The position numbers were made by a program, and so were the translations under genes. The notes below the pieces were generated by a model. That model made no database searches, was not told the DNA's origin, and worked only from the letters and a program-made list of their open reading frames with translations. A stretch of DNA of 63,960 bases, filler included, from Hausera hauseri (Eukaryota), in assembly GCA_046269625.1 (NCBI GenBank). It is 10 parts of 10 records of this genome, joined end to end, with 100 filler letters (N's around TTAATTAATTAA, not from the genome) between each part and the next. Parts side by side here need not be neighbours in the genome. Positions count along the whole stretch, not along the records: positions 25,900 to 31,890 come from JBJURY010157422.1; positions 31,991 to 37,829 come from JBJURY010181195.1; 8 more parts are not named here. One strand, 5' to 3'. Each line of letters begins with the position of its first letter. Positions within the stretch are counted from its first letter, which is position 1. Below, one piece after another: positions 26,235 to 36,979 of this stretch.

Positions 26235-26838
26235 TCATATTCTATCATTCATTAAACTTTGTATCCATTTGCTTCTATATTGCATCCAGTTTTTTAAAGT
26301 ATCGCGCAGAATTTTAACTGTTACTTTTATATTTCTTTCAATTTCATCAAGATTTTGTGTCTGATAATTGATAACAATTACTTTATATATCAAGTAGGCC
26401 ACAGCCGTTATGATTTTTTCTCTAGTGATACCAGTCGCAAACATCTTCGCCAATATGTCTTGTTTATGTGGTTCATTAATTCTATCTTCATTAATATTCT
26501 CGTAAAATTGTCTGCTAATTCTTAGTATGCTGTTACGCAACGTCTGGAACAGTTCATCGGGAATAGTTACTTGCATATCAAACGATGCGAATGATGTGTG
26601 TAATTTTGCTAGCAGCGTTCTCAACAATGGATCTATATCTATAGATTCTGGCGTCGTATCTGTTCTTGACAATAACAAACGTTGTACAATTTCTTCGTTC
26701 CTATCTCTTTTACTTTGAATATCACTTATTTCAGTTCCTTTTGGCCTTCCTTTTCTTTTAGTCTCAGTTTGTACCCTGACATCCTGTGTGTCACCTACTG
26801 ATTGTTCTTCTACTTCCGATGATTGTAGTTCTCTTATT
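26235..26838 (-). pseudogene. Bcl-2-like domain (preceded by KRKGRPKG), in frame with the downstream glycoprotein
   Basis: BH3-like FQTLRNSILRISRQF, BH1-like KMFATGITREKIITAVAYL and BH2-like ILRDTLKNWMQYRSKW, in the correct order and spacing. The frame is open from ~26838. Confidence 0.6.
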
Positions 26839-27829
26839 ATCTATTGTTTCCTCCGCTCTTGCGTCAGGGTGTATCTCGGTTATCGTGATTGGGTTATAGT
26901 TTTCGCTTCTACATCCAATTCTCAGTACTTTATCATAACCATATAAAGTTCTTCCATAAAAACTTAACCCGTACACTTTTCCTTATAGAACGGTTCTAAC
27001 CCTTCAATTTTGTCTCGCAATGTTAATATATCATGTCTTATTCATTCCGAGAACTGTCATATCCTGATTTCCTTCTTTTAACGTAATTCTTACTGTTTCA
27101 TTTCTTCCTCTTTCATTTTCAGCTACTTTAGCCAATATTGTCCGTGCTATCTTTCTTATTGGGCTAGTATCGTTGGCGAGTAATAGTAACTGGAATAAAA
27201 TTTCATTTATATTAACTGTAGATACCTTTAATATCTATCAATTTTAATATTGTGCTTGTCGCTTGATTTACGTCAATTATATTTTCGAGATCTATAGCAA
27301 TTACTGCTTGGATAAGGTCATATTCGGCATCTATTTCTACGTCTATATCATGTATTACTTGTTCGATGACGGTTTCATCAAAACCTTTTGTGGACCGAAC
27401 TTCTTTTTCACTTTCCTCTGACATTTGCTTGCCAGACTTACTTTTCTTTCGCCCTCTTCTTTTTTTCTACATCACTTTTCTCCACAGATGTTTGTCTGGA
27501 TTCCACCTCTTCTGTTATCTTTTTATTACCTTTCTTTCTTCCTTGGCGAGGTTTTCCTCCTTTTGGCTTTTCTTCTATTACGTAAATACTATTTTCTTTC
27601 AATCGTTTCTGTTGAGTTTTATAATCCTTTAATTCTATGGCTAGCTGCTTTTTCATACGATGAGCCAATATCTCGTTAACATAGTTTACACTTTCTTTTT
27701 GTCTTTTTTTAGTTTCATGCTCACTATCCTCAGTTTCTTACTCTTTATCGGATGATTCATCCGAAGTAGTTGACGTATAATCCTTCATCTTTTGTTTATT
27801 ACTATTGGACTTTGAAGAATCCCTTTTTC

Positions 27830-28648
27830 GTGACATACATGTTTTTGCTATGTGACCGTATTTATTACATAGTTAAAACACTTCAACCTCCCTTCCTTCT
27901 CTATATTGGGTAATGCCTTTCCATCCTTCGTAGAACTTTTCTTGTAACTGGACTTTTCTCCATCGTTTTTTAATTTAAATTTCTTTTCTACGTCTGATTC
28001 AGCTTCCGTGGCTGACATTTGCGAGGGACTTCGGATTTTGTTATACCGCTGATACTTTTTGGTACTATTATTCTATTTTTTATCTTGATCACTTTCATAA
28101 CTTTTAGACTTGTTCCACCTATATAGCTCTACATCTCGCTCAGCCTTACGTGCATTTCTTATGGCCTCCTGGAACGTAGGTGGATCAGCCTGTAAAATTA
28201 TCGTCCTTAACTTTCCTTCTAATCCGTATTGTAACTGGGCCAACAACGCGTTGCTTCTTATTGTTGCAGTAGGGTATGCCCTTGCGGCTAACCTTTCCCG
28301 TGTACAAAATCTTTGACCGTTTCATCTTTTCGCTACCTTCGTATAAATTCTTCTATCCTACCCTTTTCAGAGGAATCAACCATAAATTTTTGTGGCAGTT
28401 TTTCTTTAACGGTCTTCCAGTCCTTTTTGTCATCTGGCATCTGGACGTAAATCGTTAAGGCTGTTCCTTTTAAATGAAGAGGTAATCTCAATTCGTTGTT
28501 GGTCATTCCATCCGAAACTTCTTTAGTACACCTCGTATTCCATCATGAAATCTTGCACATCTTATCCATTAAACTTTTTTCTAGGTAAAGTATAATCAGC
28601 CTTTGACTGTACATATTGTTCCACCACGTTTGCATTATAATTTGTCAT
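27830..28648 (-). pseudogene. gag: Ty3/gypsy-like gag with CCHC knuckle, decayed
   Basis: PRKKFNG*DVQDFMMEYEVY..FGWNDQQR..LPLHLKGTA, LAQLQYGLEGKLR..ADPPTFQEAIRNAR, degenerate C..CNKYGHIAKTC at ~27840-27885. Confidence 0.8.
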
Positions 28649-28771
28649 GTCGTTTTATTCCGACAAGTTATCTAAATATTCTAAACCATAATGTTGTTCG
28701 TTATGTTTTTGATACCTAATACCTTTCCTTGTCGTAATTTTGTTTCTTCTAAAGGGTAACTTTTAAGATCT

Positions 28772-28789
28772 TCCCGGGTCACGGCACCA
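28772..28789 (-). promoter_or_regulatory. Primer-binding site TGGTGCCGTGACCCGGGA (tRNA-His-like)
   Basis: 18-mer beginning TGG, 2 nt after the LTR end and upstream of gag. TGGTGCCGTGAC matches the tRNA-His 3' end. Confidence 0.85.
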
Positions 28790-28791
28790 GT

Positions 28792-29593
28792 TATTCAATT
28801 TTCACTAATTCACATTGGGAGAGACTTATTAACTGACGTGTGTGGAATTAATGGGGAGAACAATTTTACTTCGATAGTTGTTTTAGCGCGATGATTTTGG
28901 CAAGACAGATGCAAGATCTTTATCTAATCCTAACCTATAGGTAATGTGTGTTGACAGTGGCCTCTGAGGCTGATTTTAGATTATTACTCTCTACGGTTTA
29001 CTTTTTACTAAGTTACTTATGATTAGACAGGATGCTGTCAAGTAGGTTTGACTTGGACGGCGAAGTAGCCAAATTAATTAATAAGTTAGTTAATTATTGA
29101 GGATAACTTACGGATAAAATAAAAGACAATGACTCGTACGCAAAAATAGCAATATGTGATTAATGAAATCAAAGAAAGGAACCAACTCAAAAGAATAAAA
29201 ACGAATTTTACAATATGATAACTGTATACAGAAATAAACGCTTACGTTAACTGTTCACGTATTGATCAGATAAAAACTGTTCTTTGAATTGTCATTTTTA
29301 AACTAGGGTATTTATACCCTATTTTACAATCAATCTATCACCAATAGTAAATAAAAATACACTTCATCAGAGAAAAGAAAACACCAGGTAAAGTAGATAA
29401 TTGCTGTGCATATTTATTTTTTATTTAGATATTCAGAAAATCAATTATGGTAAGTTATTTCACATTTCTTCATAATCAATTACCGTATATTTATTTTAGA
29501 AAGTCGATGAGAAATTCGATTGTAAGTTTTGTTTATTTTTCAACATTTGTTTATTTTAGGAGGAGAAATTCTCAAAGGAATCAATCACGAACA
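28792..29593 (-). mobile_element. LTR (~800 bp) of element 1
   Basis: Minus strand starts TGTTCG and ends TTGAATA (CA decayed) just before the PBS. The terminal block AATTGTTCTCCCCATTAATT...AAGTCTCTCCCA...TTAGTGA..ATTGAA is shared with 33550-33626. Confidence 0.75.
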
Positions 29594-29629
29594 GTTGATG
29601 GGGGTGAGAAGAAAATTGTCTCAAATTTT

Positions 29630-30897
29630 ATTGGCTGGTTGGAAGAGAGCGGAAAACAGTTTTCCAGATGCAGCCTTGTATCTCAGTCCATGAGGTTTGA
29701 AAATTTCGCCATCTATCAGCACTTCCTCTTCGATTTCAATCTTCGGTTTTCTCGGTGATATTTCTTTTTGTCTTTTAAGGGCACTGTCAGAGGCTGTTGT
29801 ATCGTTTATGAATTCGTCATTCCATCGTAACGTATTGTAAATGGCATGGTAGCACTACATCAATGCCATACTGCGGAGTGGCGTACCCCGCATTTCATAA
29901 AATTTCTTCGCAAGTTTTTTATATGTTGCCGTCTCTAATTTATACTTCTGAATCACATCTTCGTGATACAATAGATCACGAACTCCGATGATTCGTCGTA
30001 ATGGACATGTTTTTGTAACATCTCGAGAACTGCGGCTCCGATTACCAATTTGTCAGTTAAGATGGCGGAAACTTTTTGATAGAAGACATTGGCATCCATC
30101 TGGTTATTAATATTTAATTCTGTCAGATCAGTGATGTAAGAATCAAAATTGTTTATCCGTTGTCTGGGGGTTACTATGGTATAGAGTAAGGTGTTTCCAT
30201 GCAAATCGATAATAGAACACTGCAATGGGATAAGTGGATTGTTTTCATAGTAAGCCAGATTAACAGCTACAATCGCGATATCATTATCAGTAATGTAGGC
30301 TAATCGTCTGTATGGTTTTTCAACGTACTTCAAATAATCTGGTTCCACAAGGTCAAAACATTTTCCGGATGGGGGCGTAATCCAAGTGGCTTTTGACTTT
30401 ACTAATTCCACTCCAATCATAATTCTATTGGTTAACATACGAATTTTGAGGACGTTCTTCCTGACAAGATCAAATTGGATTGTCACTCCATGATTCGAGT
30501 CTAAGTTAATCAAGTCTCCTAATTGATTTGTCTTCTTGTCTTTTGTCTTCACTTGGAACCTTCCGATTATATCATAAATATTAATGCTATGGAATTTATC
30601 TGGAAGACTAATTAGATCTTGAAGGAGAAATGATGTCGCCTTTGTTATTTGGATAAGAGCCAACGATCGATTACTGTGTGAGTACCGTTTTAGATTATGG
30701 AGTATTTGTTGCACCATGGGATAATTTAGACTATAAGCATTGTCATTTATCACAATATGATATTGATTAGAAGGACTGGCGTTGATCAGATGATTCTTAG
30801 TATTTTCATAAAGATTCTTACTGCGCTTTACTGATTGTACTTCCATCATTACGAGGATTACTACAAAGAGAAATGTTAAATATTGATATTTTAACAC
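29630..30897 (-). pseudogene. Retroelement 3' accessory ORF with ISG20/REXO4-like DEDDh fold, catalytic residues altered; frameshift near 30010
   Basis: VAVNLAY...CSIIDLHGNTLLYTIVTPRQRINNFDSYITDL...QKVSAILTDKLVIGA aligns with the REXO4/ISG20 pattern (VAIDCEM...SIVN..G...VKP...DYRT..SGI...EVAE.LKGRILVGH). Shifted frame continues CPLRRIIGVRDLLYHEDV. Confidence 0.75.
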
Positions 30898-31392
30898 GAT
30901 TCGACGGTTATCATATTGATTTTGGTAATAGTTGTTATGTCAAATCTATTATATTTCAGGGTAACTGAGTAACGTTCAGTTATCTTAATTTTTCGGATTG
31001 CGTCGATAACAATCTGTTGAAGCCATCGTCAACTTAGATTATGTGTATCCAAGATATTTGATATACGTCGCCTGTCTATTCTAATCCAATTTGTTCTGCG
31101 ACGTTTTCGTAAGTAGGGGACTAATTTTACGGTCGGTATTATACCTATTGCTATTATTATGGGGGTTATTTTACATATTAGTATTATTTCTAACTGTGAA
31201 TGAGTATACGTCGTGTGTGGAGGTCTTAAGGTTGTGGTTAATTCCACGGTAACTCTTTTATGGGATAGTCTTATTTTTACTTTACTTCTGGTCCGTGCTG
31301 TTAAAACTTTTGTAGATATTACTATCGTCGTAAACTTGCAACACAACTGTATATTTGGTGTTCGGGGTCAACGCTGCACAGGGCACAATTAA

Positions 31393-31839
31393 GTCATCAG
31401 GTGTTATAACTCCTTTTGCAATGATTATATCTCGTACCTTACAGATAAACTTTACTTCAAAAAAGATATCAAAATAATCCGTTGTTCACATTGTCAAGCT
31501 TTCGGCCACCGCTCCTCAGACTGTACAAACAAACAATACTGTAGCTTCTGTGGACGTGCCCATCACTCCTTCAATTCTTGTTTCGCCTCAACACCTTTCT
31601 GTATCAATTGCCACGAGGCAAATAAAGAACTCTTAACTACATACAATTGCTCCCACCCTGCCACAGCTTCAAACTGCCCAACCTACAGGCTTGCTCATTC
31701 ACAACGTAGTCAATTGCTCCCAGACGAAAAATACCCACTACCACCAACTTCCTCATTTCCATCACATTTTACCTTTTCTCCCTCACATTCTCCCTCCACT
31801 TCAGAATACTCCCTCGTAGCAGGCACACCCTCCTCATAA
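31393..31839 (+). pseudogene. Non-LTR retrotransposon ORF1 fragment with three zinc knuckles
   Basis: Open frame without ATG: RCSHCQAFGHRSSDC..QYCSFCGRAHHSFNSC..PFCINCHEA...HPATASNCPTY. Confidence 0.85.
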
Positions 31840-31990
31840 CAATTTTATATTTCTATCTAGTTATCTTCCATTTCTCTATTGGTTGCTTACNNNNNNNNNN
31901 NNNNNNNNNNNNNNNNNNNNNNNNNNNNNNNNNNTTAATTAATTAANNNNNNNNNNNNNNNNNNNNNNNNNNNNNNNNNNNNNNNNNNNN

Positions 31991-32785
31991 GAGATAATAA
32001 AGAACGAGAAATTTTATCCAAGTATCCCCGAAGGAAAATGTTTTAATCTCCCGGAACCCGATTATGTTAAATACAAAACCATTCCATTCCGAAGATTAGA
32101 AAAGGTAACCGATAAAGATATGGTCGTAGCAGCCGTCAATCTGGCCTACGACCAATGGAACCAGTTACAGCCTATTGAGGCATCAATCCTAACCTTGATG
32201 GGAGATACCCTATTTTATGGAATTATTACCCCAAGACAGCGTATCAATAATTTCGATACGCATATAACTGGTCTCACAGAAGCAAATATAAATAATCAAA
32301 TCGATCCAGTAGATTTTTATCGGAAGGTAGCAGAAGTGATCACCGATAAAGTAGTGATTGGAGCCGATGTAGTTGAAATGGTAATAAACCATTTCAAATG
32401 TCCAATTCGGCGGATAGCAGGAATACGTGATATCCTTTATCACGAAGAAGTAATCCGCCGATATCAATTGACAACGAACACATTCAAAGAATTAGCACGA
32501 AAATTTTACGATTCGAAAGGTTTCGCATTACGGAGCACCGCTCTAGCTCAATGCTACCAATCAATTCACAAACAAGTAAAATGGTCAGACGAAATCATCA
32601 CACAAAGTTCGGCCTCCGATACGGTGCGAATAGCACCCACAACATCACAGTGTGGACGAAAACGTAAGATACAATTAGACGAAACGATCATACTGGACGA
32701 TGACATTTACGAACCCGACTCTATTCGGTATAAATCTAAGGCAACGGGCAAATATATCCATATACCATTACCCCTCGATCAGTAA
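31991..32785 (+). CDS. Second ISG20/REXO4-like accessory ORF (5'-partial, intact frame from the contig start)
   Basis: GKCFNLPEPDY...VAAVNLAY...IITPRQRINNFDTHITGLTEANINNQ...TDKVVIGA; clear paralogue of 29630-30897. Confidence 0.8.
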   Translation, partial: EIIKNEKFYPSIPEGKCFNLPEPDYVKYKTIPFRRLEKVTDKDMVVAAVNLAYDQWNQLQPIEASILTLMGDTLFYGIITPRQRINNFDTHITGLTEANINNQIDPVDFYRKVAEVITDKVVIGADVVEMVINHFKCPIRRIAGIRDILYHEEVIRRYQLTTNTFKELARKFYDSKGFALRSTALAQCYQSIHKQVKWSDEIITQSSASDTVRIAPTTSQCGRKRKIQLDETIILDDDIYEPDSIRYKSKATGKYIHIPLPLDQ

Positions 32786-32821
32786 TAAATTGCGGACAAT
32801 TTTCTTCGAACCCCCTTCGAA

Positions 32822-33626
32822 TGTGCGGACAATTAAACACATGTTGCAAATAAATGCAACTAAATTGAAACATATGTTGAAAAAGTGGATATAATCGTAT
32901 AATGATCTTTTGATATTTCTTTGGAAATTAAACACATGTTTCTACTCGTATAATGACTTTTTGATATTTCTTTGGAATCTTGACTTTATTATATGATCAT
33001 GATCATTAATATGCTATTGAACATATTTTTTCGAGTATGTACGGACAATTTTTTATTATGTATAGTGAATGTGGATTACTATATAAGTAGTAACATTTAG
33101 AGGTAAAAACTCATAAGAAATCTTTGGTGTTCTTATTCACCGATTTTGATCGTCACGTTTTATTACGCATCATGTCTTCACGTAAGTCGTTTATGTTTTC
33201 TGGTGTGTGTGAATTGTAAAAGTTGATTATAATAGCTTATAGTGTGATAAAATTTTTGGTTATTTTGGCATTTAATTACAATTATTGATTTGTATATTTT
33301 CGTTTATTGATCATCTTTTAAGTAAAGAAATTAAGACAAGTAAAGATTTAAGTAATTGTGGTTATATCCTCGACCAGGTAAAAGCGACCTGACGAGGGCC
33401 AGTCTAATCTTAAATAAAGAATAAGAGATTAAACCTTAGTGAGTAAATAACAGCCAAACTTGCGACTTCTTGAAACACATTACCTAGTATATAAGTAGGT
33501 AAGGTGACTTGGTACCTCCTTGAAATATATCAATCATTATATTAACGTGAAATTGTTCTCCCCATTAATTAGAAGTCCTAAGAATTAAAAGTCTCTCCCA
33601 AAGATCTAGTTAGTGAGGATTGAACA
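32822..33626 (+). mobile_element. 3' LTR (~805 bp) of element 2
   Basis: TGT...ACA termini, same length and same terminal block as 28792-29593. TATATAA ~33080 and AATAAA ~33412. No PBS follows. Confidence 0.75.
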
Positions 33627-34059
33627 TGTATGCTACGTGTATTTTTTAAAAACTGGTTACATATAGTATAAATTCAATAAAATATATTGAAAAATGAAAG
33701 TACGATTGTTTATGTAATGATTGAATACTTACTTAAGTAAATTAAGGTATATAATACATAATAAACAGTAATCAAAATTATTAGTACACGAAATTATGAT
33801 ATTATTAGTATTAGTGGAAAAACTATTTTAATCAGATTAGTATAAATAAATGAGTAAAACCACTTATTGAAACCACAACAAACAGTCATATGCTGCTACA
33901 CATTACCTCAAAAATTTACTATTTTTTATCGGTGGAACATTTGGGTTTACGTAATACTAAGAGTTGTTCAAAAAATTTAGAAAATCTGATTTTAAACAAA
34001 TTTCCATATAGTATTTTTACGCTATATAGAAACTTGATTTTCATATAAGAATGGTTTCT

Positions 34060-35777
34060 CTAATTGGCCAAAAGTTTGGAACCTCCTTCGATTTTTTCAA
34101 ATAATTTGCATTAAAATGTTATAAAAAATAAACTACCCAACAGTACGTCATAATTTTAATCGTGGATAAGACTGGATCAAGTATGTTATAAAAAGAGTTC
34201 TTATCCATATTGTTTAGTATTTGTAATACTGGTCCTTGCTGGCAAGCACTGCCTCGATAGGCTGGAGAATTGAGAATACTAGTGCCTCTCAGTATTGCCG
34301 AGTGATGGCAGTGGCCGACACTTTCTTTATTGCCTCCTACAGGTTTTTCCGATGTAGGACCCTCTTCTGAGACCTTGCGCATCATATGAGTCCACAGGTT
34401 CTCAATTGTATTGAGGTCAGGGCTTCATCCAGGCCAAGGACCCAGTACCTCAATTACTTTGGTGTGCAACCACTGTCATACGACAGCAGTACGGTGGCAA
34501 GGAGCCCCATCGTGCTGAAAAATGGTGCAACTGAGAATGTTTATATGAGGTTGAAGCTTGTCCTTCAGATAAACTTGACCATTTATGGTCGTTTTGGCTT
34601 TCATGAACCATATGTCACCTCGGCCAGAAGCACTAAAGCATGCCCAGACCATCGTTTATGGAGCTTTCTTGACAGTTGGAACTACAAATCTTATTGTTGT
34701 ACCTCTGGTTAGGAGGTCGCCTGACTCGAGTGGTTGTAGGATGGAACTGGGAGAAGGTTGCCTCGTCCGAAAAGATGATCTTATTCTAGTCGTCCTTTAT
34801 CCAGGCTCTGTACTTTTTACAGAAGGCAAGATGGTCCTTGATATTTTTCATGCTCAGCTTGGCCTTCATTGCAGGTCGACAGGATCTGAGGCCAAAATCC
34901 ATCATCAGGCGTCTTTTTATGGTCCTTGCATTTGATGGGGCGGGAATATTTGCTGCTATCCTACTCGAGGACCACGTGGGATGAGCCACAGAAAACCGAC
35001 GGATAGTCCTGTCCGTGGTTTGTGACGTCACTCGAGGCCTGTCAACCCTTTTTTCTCAAATCCAGTGGTCTTGAATCCTTCGCCCGTGTTATCCTCTTGA
35101 CTACTGCTGACCTGCAGACCCATAATATTGAAGCTATCCTTGTGTTTGAATCATTCTGCTCATGTAGGACCATTACCTGTGCTTTTATCGACTAAAATTT
35201 CTCTTCCGCGAACCATTCTGCAGTAAGATAGATAATAGGTTTAATAATTGCAAGTCAAATAATGATTTATTCTTACTCAAAAACATTTAAAGTACATTTA
35301 GCTTCATTAATAAATGACAAATGACAAGTTTATTTTAAATTGTTAAAGTTTTGAGCAAAAAGAAAACTTACCTTTTAAAGTCTTTATGCTGCAACACTTT
35401 AAAAATCTAAAACCAGAAAACTCAGACAAATAAAAATTATTTCACTCGTTAAAACAACTCCAAACAGACAAAGAATGAGGCTGGATGACGCTATTACGGT
35501 CGCTATAGCTGTACTTTGACCACATGAGTTGGAAACGTTCAATGAGCGTAATATGCTCCGATGCTTATTTCACCTGTCATCACGGTTTAACGCACGAGGG
35601 CGCTAATATCTTAAGCAAATTCCGCGAAAAGGCCATAGTATCATCCACGCAGTATCACCGCACAATGTCACATAACAGAATTTATCTCGGTCGCATGACA
35701 ATTGAATTTGCTACACAGCTTAATACCCAGTGTTTACTCTAGGCTCGACGACCGTTTCAAACTCATGGCCAATACTG
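34060..35777 (-). mobile_element. Decayed Tc1-like (DD34E) transposon; transposase ~35216-34250
   Basis: RPRVTSQTTDRTIRR, IIFSDEATF, MVWACFS, FQHDGAPCH, WPG*SPDLNTIENLW. TIRs ATTGGCCAAAAGTTTGGAAC and GTTTCAAACTCATGGCCAATACTG+TA. Confidence 0.92.
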
Positions 35778-36314
35778 TATATTGCTTGAGTTGTTTTAAA
35801 AATTGAAAACAAAAACATATCAACCTATTTATTTCTGAAGATTACACAAGTCATACATGCCCAAAATAAAAATGCTTTTAACTTAACATTCTTTCCAATT
35901 ACATAAAATAATTTTAACAGTGTGGTAGGTTCAATTTCGTAATAAATAGGGATCGGATAAAGGCAAAATGCCTATAAACGCCTTTTGGGGGTAAAATTTG
36001 TCAAAATGCCTTTTTGCTTTTTCGGCAATTGTTTAATTAAAACAAGGCCTTTTTGTCAAAGTAAATTAGGATAAATGACAAAATGTATAAAATTTTAGTC
36101 TTTCAACTACATTATTTCTCGGATTCAATGGAACGACGAAAAATAAAGAGAATTAGAAATAATTTGTTTTAAAATTACATTTTCTCTTAAATTTAAAAAG
36201 CTGCAATTCAGTGCCAAAATCAAAAGAATCTAAATGTTAAAAGTTGTAGCATTACACCGAAGCCTTTCGTGGGACTAATGTATTCTATAATGTATTATTA
36301 CTAGTAATCAACCC

Positions 36315-36365
36315 TGTGAGGATATAATTGAGAACAGAAGTTCTGTTCTCAATTATATCCTCACA
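36315..36365. repeat. Perfect 51-bp palindrome (25-bp arms, 1-nt loop) flanked by an AACCC direct repeat
   Basis: AACCC|TGTGAGGATATAATTGAGAACAGAA G TTCTGTTCTCAATTATATCCTCACA|AACCC. Confidence 0.95.
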
Positions 36366-36979
36366 AACCCCATTGTTCTTTAAATCATAAGAACTGGGAC
36401 CTACCGCACTGTTACAATTATTTTATGTCATTGGAAAGAATGTTAAATTAAATGCATTTTTATATTGGACATGACCTGTGTAATCTTCAGAAATAAATAG
36501 GATGATATATTACTTATGTTTTAAATTTTTCAAACAACTCAAGCAATAAACGTTTAGAATAGAAAAACCATTTTAGTGTCAAAAACAAATTTCTATATAG
36601 CGTAAATATACCATACGGAAATTTCTTTAATCAGATTTTCCATTTTTTTAAATACTCTGTTAATAATTTGCTTCGACTGTGCATTGGGTGTCCAGTCTAT
36701 GTATGAGAAAATTTTTTTTCGAGCTACACTATCACAAGGAGTATTAAAATTTGTGTAATTTTACACAGATTACGGAAAAGGTAAAAAAACTAGAAATGTG
36801 TCATCTTGAGGGCTCTACCGCATTTTGAAGTTTTGTAGACTTTACGTTTTTACAGACCTAAACCGTATGCCTAAAATAATACAAAAATCAAGTTTAAAAG
36901 GTATTTCATTATTGAAATTAATGAAACAAAGCACAAGAAAACAAAATAAACAAAATAGAGTTTATAATCAATGACAAAA

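Larger units (their letters stand above)
33960..36658. mobile_element. Foldback/MITE with ~260-bp inverted arms; left arm (33960-34062 plus 35780-35935) split by Tc1, right arm ~36395-36658
   Basis: AAATCTGATT..AAATTTCC..TACGCTATATAGAAA and TATTGCTTGAGTTGTT..CCTATTTATTTCTGAAGATTACACA..TAACAGTG.GGTAGGT are mirrored in the right arm. Confidence 0.8.

Noticed and set aside
27600-27695. YVNEILAHRMKK as a chromodomain start
   Set aside because: Lacks the downstream YLVKW.G...TWEP motifs, and there is no integrase upstream.
30830-30897. Signal peptide at the start of the 314-aa ORF
   Set aside because: The start is GTG and the region probably continues a longer frameshifted ORF; the hydrophobic stretch may be out of the true frame.
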